From assembly GCA_003228405.1 (NCBI GenBank), contig QIDK01000044.1, positions 1 to 50,058 on the forward strand: DNA of 50,058 bases, read 5' to 3'. The notes under the pieces are model-generated. The model searched no databases and was not told the origin of the DNA. It saw only the letters and a list, made by a program, of their open reading frames with translations. A program made the translations under genes and the position numbers. This DNA is from Gammaproteobacteria bacterium. Lineage in GTDB: Bacteria; Pseudomonadota; Gammaproteobacteria; SZUA-229. Below are positions 17,501 through 26,751 of the stretch, piece after piece. Numbering within the stretch: the stretch's first letter is position 1; each line of letters starts with the position of its first letter.

Positions 17501-17674
17501 ACAGCGTATGGCTGGGGAGGGCTGGATCCATTTGTATCGCCCATGGCACTTTCCTTATCATCGGGCTTAATGTTTGCTACGATTGTTACTTTATTTACCA
17601 TTCCAGCCGCACTTGCGGCAGGGCATGATGTGAGGGCTTTTGTAAGGCGTGTTGTTTTGCGTAGGCCGGAGTAA
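14561..17674 (+). CDS. RND (AcrB/AcrD/AcrF-type) efflux permease
   Basis: 1037 aa with 12-TM architecture and two large periplasmic loops. The N-terminus is typical of the RND family. There is a TAATG stop/start overlap with the TolC-like gene. Confidence 0.9.
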   Translation: MQSIIRYLVTRGLVVNLVSVFLLAVGIAVSISYIQVEAFPNVNLDLIQIDIVYPGASPAEVEQLIITPIEQELRAINGIDKMISMAFPGSGRISMEVDPNASNRDRLTSDISLAVDRASLPTDLADDPFVTEVDGSVFPILRIAISADRTELELKRLGDEIKEELLAIEGVAKVQLLSDRKAEYSIEVDPEKLRQTRISVDQISQVLRGWNLNTPGGEIDTPDGQKAVRIVGEFSSIEDAGNIVIRANARGDSVLLGDIADIKEALEKPRTLHDVQGESAVSMLILKRSDADIIDTVDRIKPYLDTIKNRYGDDITIKPFQDFSRFARMRLAVLTNNGLVGVFLVFISLLIFLRFSVAMTTTWGLPIIFMAGVTVIYIAGMTLNLISMMGFIMVLGMLVDDAIIIGENITYHMEKGLNPVEAAVKGSVELIGPVTTTILTTIAAFLPMMFMSGIIGKFVVAIPIVVISLLILSWLESFFMLPSHVVHVTNPNKHPKERAWLLALENSYGWMLEKAIHFRWTTVFISFLILTGALVLAKQSLQFQLFPPVGVEEYMMRVTAHPGTSIKEMRQILRLIDEDMRDQTNPDYLEATVAQSGDISMDQGDPLTQRGSRYGQIRAIYIPAVSRVGHDARDDMNRLTKFLKDKYSQLDISSTLISSGPPLGRALEAEISGFNTKSSEQAAQQLMDFLLTVEGVTTIDSGLKPGDAELHVVLDRKLAAYAGIDLAIVSRHIRAAADGLIVSTIRKGTEEINVTIRFPSKGAGELEQIQNVLIPNARGGLIPLNKIAKLEEHNGYTTIRHKDGIRIVNVVADVDADILSSLKLNKIVQNNEAVWLKGINENITVNYGGEQEKSFESFVSLGKAFIVAIVAIFFILAIQFNNMIYPVLVMLAIPFGAIGVIISFYLHDIFWKPMPLSFFSTMGMVALTGVVVNSSLILLVFIQRARKQGMIIKDAILQAGRRRLRAVLLTAATTVVGLLPTAYGWGGLDPFVSPMALSLSSGLMFATIVTLFTIPAALAAGHDVRAFVRRVVLRRPE

Positions 17675-17740
17675 ATATTTTATGCATACCCGGCAGTTAT
17701 AATGAAAAAGTGCCGGCTGTGTGAAAAACAGTGATTACAA

Positions 17741-20146
17741 TTACAGAATAATTTGCGAGTCTTTGCGGTTTTTAGCAAACTGGTGTAAGCATGCAACCAC
17801 GCGGCCATTAATGCTGTCTTTATCAAAGCTACCATCAGCGTGTTTTTCACCTGAGGGTATTTCAAATAATAATTCTAATGCCTGCTGGTAATGCTCAATC
17901 GGGTAAATATTGAATTTATTCTGCTCTATAGCATCAATCACATCTTTTCTTAAAGATAAATTTTTAACATTGACGGCTGGAATAATGCAACCCTGTTTGC
18001 CGTTTAATCCACGTTGATTACAAATATCAAAAAAGCCTTCAATTTTTTCATTTACACCGCCAATTGCCTGAACATAACCCTGCTGGTTCAAAGATCCGGT
18101 AATGGCCAGGCTCTGTTGTACAGGCAGGTTAATTAGTGCGGATATTAAAACACACAACTCAGCCACCGATGCACTGTCACCATCAATTAACCCATAGGAT
18201 TGTTCAAAAGTAATACTGGCAGAAAAAGATAAGGGAGTATCTCTGGTGTAACGGCTGGCGAGCAGGGCAGATAAAATTAATACACCTTTATCATGAATAG
18301 AGCCGCTTAAATCAACTTCACGTTCAATATTAATTATTTTACCATCACCTAAATGTACCGTCGCAGAAATTCTTGACGGTTGTCCAAACCCATATTTTCC
18401 CACTTCAAAAACAGACAGGCCATTAATTTCCCCTACCGCTTCACCATCCGTATTAATCATTAACGTGCCACGCTGGATATCGCTTTGAATTAAGCCCTGT
18501 ATTCTGCAGGTGCGATCAATCTGTGCATCGATAGCCTGCTGTACATGATCACTGTTAATTAAACTGCTAGCAGATTGCACCGCATAATACTGGGTTTCAA
18601 TTAACAGGTCATCGATGGTGCGTAAACGGGTCGATAGTTTTTCAGCATCATTTGCCAGACGAGAGCTAAATTCTATAATGCGGGCAATGGCTGTTGCATG
18701 CAGATCTTTTAATTCAAATTTACGTGCGCGAGAAGCAATGAGTCGGGCATATTTAAGGGTTGTTTCTTCATCACGGTCGAGTTCTTCTTCAAAATCTGCT
18801 TCTACTTTAAATAGTTCAGGAAAATCCGGGTCTATTTCATGCAGCGTATAATAGGTTGTGCGATCACCTAACAGAATTATTTTAATTTTCAGGGGAACAG
18901 GCTCAGGCTCAAGAGTCACTGAGTTATCACCACCCACCACCTGATCGAGATTTTCTATACGTGCTTTTTTCGCATACATACTTCGCTTAAGTGCATCCCA
19001 TGCATGGGGTGCGCTTAAAATTTTATGTGCATCGAGTACCAGATAGCCCCCATTAGCCTGTAATAAGGCACCGGGTTTTATCAGTGTAAAATTATTGCCG
19101 GGATTATTAGAGCGGCTTTCATATTCAATGCGCCCCACCAGATTTTGATAAGTGGGGTTATCCAGGTACACCACCGGCGCACCTTTTTGCTTGCCACCCT
19201 CTACGATCAGATTTACCTGATAACGTTGTAATGATTCATTTTTATTGATTTGCTGGTGAGAAGGTTCATTGCCCGGTTCTTCCTCTTCAACTTCAGTAAA
19301 TTCTTCCAGATGGTGTAGCACGTCTTCCTGCAGGCCTTTAAGGTAGTTGGCAACTTCAGGCAGGGATTTATATTTGCGCCTGGCATCTTTAATTAAATTG
19401 CTGGTGGCAAACAGGGCGACTTTGCGATTAAGCTTTTTGATTTTAATATTATGCTCACGTCGCTGACGTGACATTTCAGGTGCCAGGTATTCCAGCTGTT
19501 CCTGAAAACTTGCGATTTTTTCTTCGATTTCATCCTGAATATCATTGTCCAGCTGGTCGTATTCGTCTTCCGTTATATTGCGCCCATTGATAATCGGTGT
19601 GAGCATAAAGCCGGAGGGGGTGTGGCTGAGGTTAATCTCCTGTTGCCGTGCCTGCTCGGCATGTTTATCGAGTAGACCAGCCTGCTTTTGCTGGAATGAT
19701 TTTTCGATAATCTGAATTTGCTCCTGGTATTCACTGGCTTCAAAAGCAGCATTAATTGCTTTGCCCAGATCTTCGACCAGGTTTTTCATGTCCTTTTTAA
19801 AGGCCTTGCCCTGTCCTGCAGGCAGCTTTAGTGCTTTAGGCATGTAGTCCTGATCAAAATTATGTACATAACACCAGTCTGAAGGGGTATCTTTTGTCAG
19901 CGCGACTTTATTCAGGTATTTGCGTATCAGGCCATGTTTGCCGAGACCGGAAGAGCCCATAACAAACAGGTTAAAGCCCCGGTGATTTACATTAATGCCG
20001 AATTCAATTGCCTGAAATGCACGATCCTGACCCAGTATTTCAGGCAGGTCTGCTAGCTCAGCGCTAGTTTCAAAGGGCAGGGTGTCAGCAGTGCAAGCTG
20101 GGCGCAGCTGACAGGCTGTGAGTGCCTGGATAGTTTCTTTTGTCAT
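17741..20146 (-). CDS. Lon-like (AAA+ / Lon proteolytic domain) protease family protein
   Basis: Walker A GSSGLGKH near the N-terminus. The C-terminal Lon protease domain carries the catalytic-Ser context GDSASVAE. Confidence 0.85.
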   Translation of the reverse strand: MTKETIQALTACQLRPACTADTLPFETSAELADLPEILGQDRAFQAIEFGINVNHRGFNLFVMGSSGLGKHGLIRKYLNKVALTKDTPSDWCYVHNFDQDYMPKALKLPAGQGKAFKKDMKNLVEDLGKAINAAFEASEYQEQIQIIEKSFQQKQAGLLDKHAEQARQQEINLSHTPSGFMLTPIINGRNITEDEYDQLDNDIQDEIEEKIASFQEQLEYLAPEMSRQRREHNIKIKKLNRKVALFATSNLIKDARRKYKSLPEVANYLKGLQEDVLHHLEEFTEVEEEEPGNEPSHQQINKNESLQRYQVNLIVEGGKQKGAPVVYLDNPTYQNLVGRIEYESRSNNPGNNFTLIKPGALLQANGGYLVLDAHKILSAPHAWDALKRSMYAKKARIENLDQVVGGDNSVTLEPEPVPLKIKIILLGDRTTYYTLHEIDPDFPELFKVEADFEEELDRDEETTLKYARLIASRARKFELKDLHATAIARIIEFSSRLANDAEKLSTRLRTIDDLLIETQYYAVQSASSLINSDHVQQAIDAQIDRTCRIQGLIQSDIQRGTLMINTDGEAVGEINGLSVFEVGKYGFGQPSRISATVHLGDGKIINIEREVDLSGSIHDKGVLILSALLASRYTRDTPLSFSASITFEQSYGLIDGDSASVAELCVLISALINLPVQQSLAITGSLNQQGYVQAIGGVNEKIEGFFDICNQRGLNGKQGCIIPAVNVKNLSLRKDVIDAIEQNKFNIYPIEHYQQALELLFEIPSGEKHADGSFDKDSINGRVVACLHQFAKNRKDSQIIL

Positions 20147-20315
20147 TATTGTCTCTAATATATAGTGTTATTCTCGCATAAAATCTACTCCAGATCTAAA
20201 AGCAACTCAAAAAAATGGCCGTGAATATGGTTGTGCTACAGGCCAGGCCATCTCTGACCAGGTCATGATTGTGATCCTGCTGCTCAAAACTTCCAGCAAC
20301 TGTGTTAAAACCTTA

Positions 20316-20399
20316 CTAATAGCAGGTTATCAGCTGCGGTCTTCGCCCTGTATCTGAAACTTTTGAACAGCAATCGCATCAACCAGACTTAATCAGAAG
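20316..20399. repeat. Intergenic repeat family A, copy 2
   Basis: 71/84 identical to positions 2-85, in the same orientation. It lies 122 nt upstream of the M16 peptidase ATG. Confidence 0.75.
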
Positions 20400-20521
20400 C
20401 TCACGGGTATCAGTTGAGAATTATTATGGGCAAAAGTCTTTTAAAAGAATAAGTAAAGCGGTTTTGATAAAAGCCGTAACAGGTTACAATCCTTGTCTTA
20501 TAACTTAATGTGGAATTTTAT

Positions 20522-23455
20522 ATGTCATCCGATGATTTGAAGCCTGCTCAACTACACCCGGCATTTCAGTGGAAGCGATCAGAACGAATTGATTCACTCA
20601 ATATCACCATAGCAGAGTATGAACATATAAAAACCGGAGCAGTTCATTACCATCTGGCTGCAGAAAATAATGAGAATGTGTTTCTGGTGGCATTACGCAC
20701 CGTGCCCACCGATTCCACCGGTGTGGCCCATATGTTAGAACACACGGCCCTGTGCGGCAGCGAGCGCTACCCCGTACGAGACCCGTTCTTTATGATGATT
20801 CGTCGTTCACTCAATACCTTTATGAATGCCTTTACCAGCAGTGACTGGACAGCCTACCCATTTGCCAGCCAGAATCGCAAAGACTTTGATAACCTGATGG
20901 ATGTGTATTTAGATGCCGTGTTCTTCTCGCGCCTGCATGAGCTTGATTTCGCTCAGGAAGGTCACCGCTTCGAGTTTGAAACAGCCGATGACCCACAAAC
21001 ACCGCTGGTTTACAAAGGGGTCGTATTTAATGAAATGAAAGGCGCAATGAGTTCGCCGGTGAGCACCCTGTGGCAAACCGTGACGGAACATTTATTCCCG
21101 AGCACAACCTATCATTATAATTCAGGTGGCGAACCTGTAAATATTCCTGATCTGAGTTACCAGCAGTTAAAAGATTTTTATAAGGTTCATTATCACCCAT
21201 CGAATTCTGTGTTTATGACTTTTGGTGATATTCCCGCATATGAGCATCATCAGGTATTTGAAGCCAGAGTGCTCAGTCGATTTGATAAACTCGATATACA
21301 GATAAAGGTTGATGATGAAAAACGTTATACCGAGCCGCATAACTTTACAGGCAGCTATGCGCTGGATGAAGAAGATAGCAAAGCTAAAACCCATATTGTC
21401 ATTAGCTGGTTATTAGGTCGAAGTACCTCTTTGCAGGATATGCTGCAGGCACATTTAATGTCCAGTGTGTTGCTGGATAATTCCGCATCGCCGTTACAGC
21501 AGGCTTTAGAAACCACAGACCTGGGAGCCTCTCCATCACCCTTATGTGGTCTGGAAGATTCTAATCTCGAAATGAGTTTTATGTGTGGCCTGGAAGCCTC
21601 AGAAGCAAAACATGCAGAAGCCCTGGAAACACTGGTGTTAAATGTGCTTAACGATGTGGCAGAAAACGGCGTAGCTCAATCTCAGGTTGAAGCCGTATTG
21701 CATCAGTTAGAACTAAGCCAGCGTGAAATTGGGGGTGATGGTTACCCCTATGGTATGCAGTTAATTTTAGGTGGATTATCTGCGGCAATTCATCGCGGTG
21801 ATCCGATGGCGGTGATGAATATTGAGCCGGTTTTAAAACAGCTTCGTGAAGATATTAAAGACCCTGACTTTATTAAAAACCTGGTTAAGAAAAACCTGCT
21901 GAATAATCAACACCGCGTACGCCTGGTGATGACGCCGGATACAACTTTAAGCCAGGCAAAAGAAAAAGCAGAAGCGGATAAACTGGCAGCGATTAAAGCC
22001 AGCCTTAGCGATGAAGAGAAACAGCAAATTATTGATCAGGCTGCAGCACTGCAACAAAGACAGAATGAAGAAGATGATATTAGCATTTTGCCAAAAGTAG
22101 GGCTTGAAGATGTGCCTGAAAATATGAAAATAATTACCGGCACATCTACAGTGTTGGGTGAAATACAGAGCTCATTTTATGAGCAGGGCACCAATGGCCT
22201 TATTTATCAGCAAATAATTGTTGAGCTACCGAGTTTAGCGGATGAGCTGGTTAACTTACTGCCGATATACACATATTGTTTAACTGAACTGGGTTGTGGT
22301 GAAAAAGATTACCTGCAATCACAGGCCTGGCAGGACAGTGTGAGTGGAGGCGTAGGTGCTTACACCAGTGTGCGAGGTTTAATAGACAATGAACAGGATA
22401 TAAAAGCCCACTTTGTTTTTTCAGGTAAAGCACTGGCAAGAAATCATCAGCAGCTAAATGAACTAATGGCAGATATGCTGGAGAAAACACGCTTTGATGA
22501 ACTCGAGCGCATTCGTGAACTGGTTGCACAGAAACGTGCACGTAGCGAACAAAGTGTTACCGGACAGGGGCATAGTTTAGCAATGGTAGCGGCCAGTAGT
22601 GGCATGAGCCCAGCGGCTGAGTTAAGTCATCGTTTGTCCGGTTTACAGGGAATTAAACGGCTTAAAGATCTGGATGAATCCCTCGCCGATGAAAGCGCAT
22701 TAAGAGAACTGGCTGAAAAGTTTAAAGCAATACATCAAAAAATAATTAATGCACCCCGCCAATATCTAAACATTGCTGAAAAAGATGCACAAAATGAAAT
22801 TGAGAAAGATATTCAGACATTCTGGGCAGACAAAGGTAATAAGGAAAGCACTGAATTTAATCTGTCACAGATTAAACAACAGGTAAAACAGGCCTGGCTG
22901 ACCAGTACTCAGGTTAATTTTTGTGCAAAATCTTATGCTACGGTGAGTGTTAATCACAAAGATGCAGCCGCCTTATCTGTGCTGGGTGGCTTTTTACGCA
23001 ATGGTTTTTTACACCGGGTGATTCGAGAGCAGGGTGGTGCTTATGGTGGCGGAGCCAATCATGAACCGGGCAATGCCTGTTTTAGATTTTTTTCATATCG
23101 TGATCCACGCCTAAGCGAAACCCTGGATGATTTTGATAAATCAATCGAATGGTTACTTAATTCTGAACATACAGAACTTCAGGTAGAAGAAGCTATTTTA
23201 GGTGTGATTGGTAGCATGGACAAACCCGGCTCACCTGCAGGGGAAGCTAAACATGCGTTTCATAATGAGCTTTATGGGCGCACGCCAGAGCAGCGCCAGC
23301 GTTACAGAGAGCGTGTTTTAAAAGTGACCGTAGATGATTTAAAACGGGTTGGCGAAAAATACTTAAAACCGGAGCAGGCGAGTATTGCGGTGGTGACTAA
23401 TCCATCTAATGAAGAGCTTGTTAAGGGGCTTGAGCTTGAAATTTATCATTTATAA
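20522..23455 (+). CDS. M16C (PreP/insulinase-like) zinc metallopeptidase
   Basis: Inverted zinc motif HMLEH with a downstream E. At roughly 977 aa it has the four-domain size typical of presequence-protease-like M16C enzymes. I prefer the ATG at 20522 over the upstream in-frame GTG at 20510. Confidence 0.85.
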   Translation: MSSDDLKPAQLHPAFQWKRSERIDSLNITIAEYEHIKTGAVHYHLAAENNENVFLVALRTVPTDSTGVAHMLEHTALCGSERYPVRDPFFMMIRRSLNTFMNAFTSSDWTAYPFASQNRKDFDNLMDVYLDAVFFSRLHELDFAQEGHRFEFETADDPQTPLVYKGVVFNEMKGAMSSPVSTLWQTVTEHLFPSTTYHYNSGGEPVNIPDLSYQQLKDFYKVHYHPSNSVFMTFGDIPAYEHHQVFEARVLSRFDKLDIQIKVDDEKRYTEPHNFTGSYALDEEDSKAKTHIVISWLLGRSTSLQDMLQAHLMSSVLLDNSASPLQQALETTDLGASPSPLCGLEDSNLEMSFMCGLEASEAKHAEALETLVLNVLNDVAENGVAQSQVEAVLHQLELSQREIGGDGYPYGMQLILGGLSAAIHRGDPMAVMNIEPVLKQLREDIKDPDFIKNLVKKNLLNNQHRVRLVMTPDTTLSQAKEKAEADKLAAIKASLSDEEKQQIIDQAAALQQRQNEEDDISILPKVGLEDVPENMKIITGTSTVLGEIQSSFYEQGTNGLIYQQIIVELPSLADELVNLLPIYTYCLTELGCGEKDYLQSQAWQDSVSGGVGAYTSVRGLIDNEQDIKAHFVFSGKALARNHQQLNELMADMLEKTRFDELERIRELVAQKRARSEQSVTGQGHSLAMVAASSGMSPAAELSHRLSGLQGIKRLKDLDESLADESALRELAEKFKAIHQKIINAPRQYLNIAEKDAQNEIEKDIQTFWADKGNKESTEFNLSQIKQQVKQAWLTSTQVNFCAKSYATVSVNHKDAAALSVLGGFLRNGFLHRVIREQGGAYGGGANHEPGNACFRFFSYRDPRLSETLDDFDKSIEWLLNSEHTELQVEEAILGVIGSMDKPGSPAGEAKHAFHNELYGRTPEQRQRYRERVLKVTVDDLKRVGEKYLKPEQASIAVVTNPSNEELVKGLELEIYHL

Positions 23456-23568
23456 CTTGCAGGTCGTTATTTTCCTGCAGTAGCATAGCGGGATGACGGA
23501 GTTTTTTAATTTTAAAAATGTGGGGCTGCAATGCCTGTGCTCAGCAGCGCAACAAACAATCATACTTT

Positions 23569-23850
23569 ATGCATATTCTACTGATAAAATTAAACCTGCA
23601 GATCCCCAATGCCCATTCTTTGAAAGAAAAACGCCGTCAGATTAAAAGTTTGAAAGACCGATTAAGCAGTCGTTTTAATGCATCCATAGCAGAAGTGGAG
23701 CAGCTGGATAGCTGGCAGCAGTCCGTTATTGGCCTATGTCTGTTAAGCAATGATAAATCCTATCTGGACAGGCAGTACAGTTTAATAGAAACCGTTGTGC
23801 TGGAATATTCAGAGCTGGAACTTATTTCTGCTGATAGAGAATGGTTATAA
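23569..23850 (+). CDS. DUF503 (YlxP-like) family protein
   Basis: MHILLIKLNLQIPNAHSLKEKRRQIKSLKDRL is the typical DUF503 start. I chose the ATG at 23569, which gives the expected roughly 93 aa, rather than the 110-aa ORF start. Confidence 0.7.
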   Translation: MHILLIKLNLQIPNAHSLKEKRRQIKSLKDRLSSRFNASIAEVEQLDSWQQSVIGLCLLSNDKSYLDRQYSLIETVVLEYSELELISADREWL

Positions 23851-23902
23851 AAACAGGCTTATTTCGACTCGTTCTAACGGAGGAGTTGGGAACCAGGCCC
23901 TG

Positions 23903-25567
23903 TTAGAACCCAATGAGATTTTTAAATATTTCTATATGCTGAGGGTTTAAATAAATATCCGCAGCAAGAATAATGCTGTTTAGCAGTAATAATGCAGCAA
24001 TAATCAGCAGTGATTTTTTTAACCAGCCAGGTTTTTCTTTTGTATGTGTTCTGCTGGTTTTTTTAAGTTTGTTTAAGTCAGGCAATAACTGATCAAATGA
24101 CTGATAATGATTGGCTGAATCTTCTTCCATTAAATTGCGTATAATTTTCTGTAAACGGTTGCTTAATTCGTTGAACTCATCTGCTTCCTGTATACGTTTA
24201 TTAGAGAAGTTAACGGGCACTCCGGTCAGCAGCTGATAAAAGATGGCGCCGACACTGTACATGTCTCTAGTGGTTGCCGTGCAACCTCTGTCTTTCGGTT
24301 GATACCAGTCAGAATTATTTCCATTGCTGGCGTAGTGTTCTTCGAGTCCAAAATCAGAAATTTTAATATGATTTTTTTCATCATAAAGAATATTGCTGGG
24401 GCGTAAATTCCCGTGGAAAATATTTTTATTATGAGCGTATTGCAATGCTTTGCAAATCGATTCGGAAATTTGTAAAAATCGACTTAAACTAAATTTTCTG
24501 ACCAGCCTGTCCTGTAAACTTCCGCCAGCAAGATGTTCCATTACAATAATAAAGGCATTGCTGCTTTTCGATGTGCCATAAATTTTTATAATATTTTCAT
24601 GCTCAAGTTTAGTCAGGATTTTGGCTTCCTTGTAGCCAGCAATAGACTGAATGCGTTTTTTTATAACCAGCAGGTTATGTCGACTGCGATCTTCAAATAA
24701 ATAGACAGCGCCAAATTCAGTTTTTTTAATAATATCCAGTAATGAAAATTTATTTTCGGTATTGTTAATTGCGGTATTTGCTTCTAACTTCTGATTCTGG
24801 TTTAAATGAGAGCCCTGAGTAATCTTAAGTAAACTTAAACGGATCTCATCTGCTGAAACAGGGCGTTCTTCAGGGTTGGTTTTTAAACATTGTGTGATAA
24901 GTCGGCTCAAATTATCAGGCAGTCTGGCAAGACTATTTGCAAGTTGCTCCGCATTTCCTGGGGGCAGACTTCCCGTAAACATTTCACACATAATAATCCC
25001 CAGAGAATAAATATCAGTAAGATGGGTGACGGATTCTGGATGGGTGAACTGTTCCGGTGACATGTAATCTGGCGTGCCTGCAATATCTTCGGGTTTTCCA
25101 CTGGCAGCAAGCCAGGCTATGCCAAAGTCTAAAATAAGTAAGTGGTTTTCCAGATTAACCAACAGGTTAGTTGGCTTAATATCGCGATGTATTACGCCAT
25201 TTTTATGGGCTGTGGCCATGCCATTGCAAATTTGTATAAGCAGATTGATTTTGCTATTAAGGCTGAGATTTTCCTGCCTTATAACCTGTGATAAATCACT
25301 GCCCTGAATATAGTCCATTACAAAGTAGGGGCGCCCTTTTTCGGTTAAACCCCTGTCTATAATATGGATGATATTAGGGTGATTTAACTGGGCAATAACC
25401 AGTGATTCCTGATCGAACAGGGCTTTAGCTTCATCATCCCATAGATGTTCTGCTGCTAAAAATTTAATGGCGACAGTACGATTAAGGGAGAGCTGGCGAG
25501 CCTTATAGACCGTTGCCATGCCGCCGGCGGCGAATTTGCTTAGATTGGAATAGCCTTCGAGTTGCAT
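23903..25567 (-). CDS. Membrane-anchored tandem Ser/Thr protein kinase (active kinase, then predicted pseudokinase, then C-terminal TM helix)
   Basis: Domain 1 has VAIK, HRDIKPTN, DFG and GTPDYMSPE. Domain 2 has VIKK and DFG, but HGNLRPSN replaces HRD...N and the G-loop and APE are degenerate. The C-terminal LLIIAALLLLNSIILAADIYL is a TM helix. Confidence 0.85.
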   Translation of the reverse strand: MQLEGYSNLSKFAAGGMATVYKARQLSLNRTVAIKFLAAEHLWDDEAKALFDQESLVIAQLNHPNIIHIIDRGLTEKGRPYFVMDYIQGSDLSQVIRQENLSLNSKINLLIQICNGMATAHKNGVIHRDIKPTNLLVNLENHLLILDFGIAWLAASGKPEDIAGTPDYMSPEQFTHPESVTHLTDIYSLGIIMCEMFTGSLPPGNAEQLANSLARLPDNLSRLITQCLKTNPEERPVSADEIRLSLLKITQGSHLNQNQKLEANTAINNTENKFSLLDIIKKTEFGAVYLFEDRSRHNLLVIKKRIQSIAGYKEAKILTKLEHENIIKIYGTSKSSNAFIIVMEHLAGGSLQDRLVRKFSLSRFLQISESICKALQYAHNKNIFHGNLRPSNILYDEKNHIKISDFGLEEHYASNGNNSDWYQPKDRGCTATTRDMYSVGAIFYQLLTGVPVNFSNKRIQEADEFNELSNRLQKIIRNLMEEDSANHYQSFDQLLPDLNKLKKTSRTHTKEKPGWLKKSLLIIAALLLLNSIILAADIYLNPQHIEIFKNLIGF

Positions 25568-25657
25568 TTATGGATTATAGGTCAGGTTTTATTATATTGT
25601 GGGCAGGATGCAGGGGAATAATGCTTTATAATATGGTTTTTTTAATATGCTACAAAT

Positions 25658-26524
25658 ATGCCTCATTCTAAACAGGGTTTAAGTGTTTTATATATTGCAG
25701 TTATACTGCTCTCGTTAAACGGCCTGTTTTCCAAGTTAATACCCCTGGATGCGGTTTCGGTAACTCAATTACGCAGTGTCATCGCTGCATTTTCGCTTTT
25801 ACTATTCTTACTCTTTCGAAAAAGAGCTTACAGGATTAAAAGTCTCAGAGAATATATTGCGTTATATTTTATTGGCGTTATTTTGGGCCTGCACTGGGTC
25901 AGTTTCTTTCATTCTATGCAGGTATCCACCGTCGCCATAGGTATGTTATCGCTATTTACCTACCCTGTAATTACAGTTTTACTTGAGCCTTTATTTACTA
26001 AACAGCGGATTAAAACCGCCGATATTTTTGCAGGTATTTTTGTTCTGCTGGCTGTTTTAATTATGGTAGAAGACGATTTAAATCGGTTTGATAGTAACGC
26101 CATGCATGGCGTGTTCTGGGGCGTTGTGTCAGCATTTTTATTTTCAGTAAGAAATCTTCTGCAAAAACACAATCATTCTTCTGTGCCATCTGATGCACTT
26201 ATTTTTCATCAAACCATCGCTATTGCTATTATGTTACTGGTATTTATCGACACTTCTGCGGTTGCTTCACTTGCAATAAATGACTGGGTTTTACTCGTGC
26301 TACTCGGTGCCATTAGCACAGCGACAGCACATAGCCTTTTATCTTATGCACTTAAGCATTTGCCCGCCCGATCTATTGCTATGATCAGTTGTTTGCAGCC
26401 ATTGTTTGCGGCTGGCTTTGCCTGGATGTTGCTGGATGAGGTGCCGACTGCTGGCATAGTGATCGGTGGTTTGATTATTATCTCGGTGGCCTTTTATGAA
26501 TCAATAAAAAAGCTCAGGGCCTGA
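25658..26524 (+). CDS. EamA/DMT-superfamily transporter
   Basis: 288 aa with 10 predicted TM helices arranged as two EamA-like halves. Confidence 0.8.
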   Translation: MPHSKQGLSVLYIAVILLSLNGLFSKLIPLDAVSVTQLRSVIAAFSLLLFLLFRKRAYRIKSLREYIALYFIGVILGLHWVSFFHSMQVSTVAIGMLSLFTYPVITVLLEPLFTKQRIKTADIFAGIFVLLAVLIMVEDDLNRFDSNAMHGVFWGVVSAFLFSVRNLLQKHNHSSVPSDALIFHQTIAIAIMLLVFIDTSAVASLAINDWVLLVLLGAISTATAHSLLSYALKHLPARSIAMISCLQPLFAAGFAWMLLDEVPTAGIVIGGLIIISVAFYESIKKLRA

Positions 26525-26552
26525 GCTGTTCCTATGAAATTTTCTAAAAGCT

Positions 26553-26737
26553 AAAAGCATTTTTACCGCAAATGAACGCTAAATCACGCAAATAAAAGCA
26601 AAATCGTAAATTGCATGTTGTGTGCTGTGAAAAACAGTTTTTCTGAAATACCGGAAGAAGCATGCTTACCCTGCCTGAACTGGCGAACAACATTAAGAAT
26701 TAGCGTGTTTTGCGTTTATTTGCGGTAGTCTTTTGAC
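26553..26737. repeat. MITE-like repeat family B, copy 1
   Basis: Terminal inverted repeats AAAAGCATTTTTACCGCAAATGAACGC ... GCGTTTATTTGCGGTA. The internal sequence is shared with 45233-45466. It sits between the convergent EamA and fabV genes. Confidence 0.8.
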
Positions 26738-26751
26738 TTTCTGAAGAGAAC

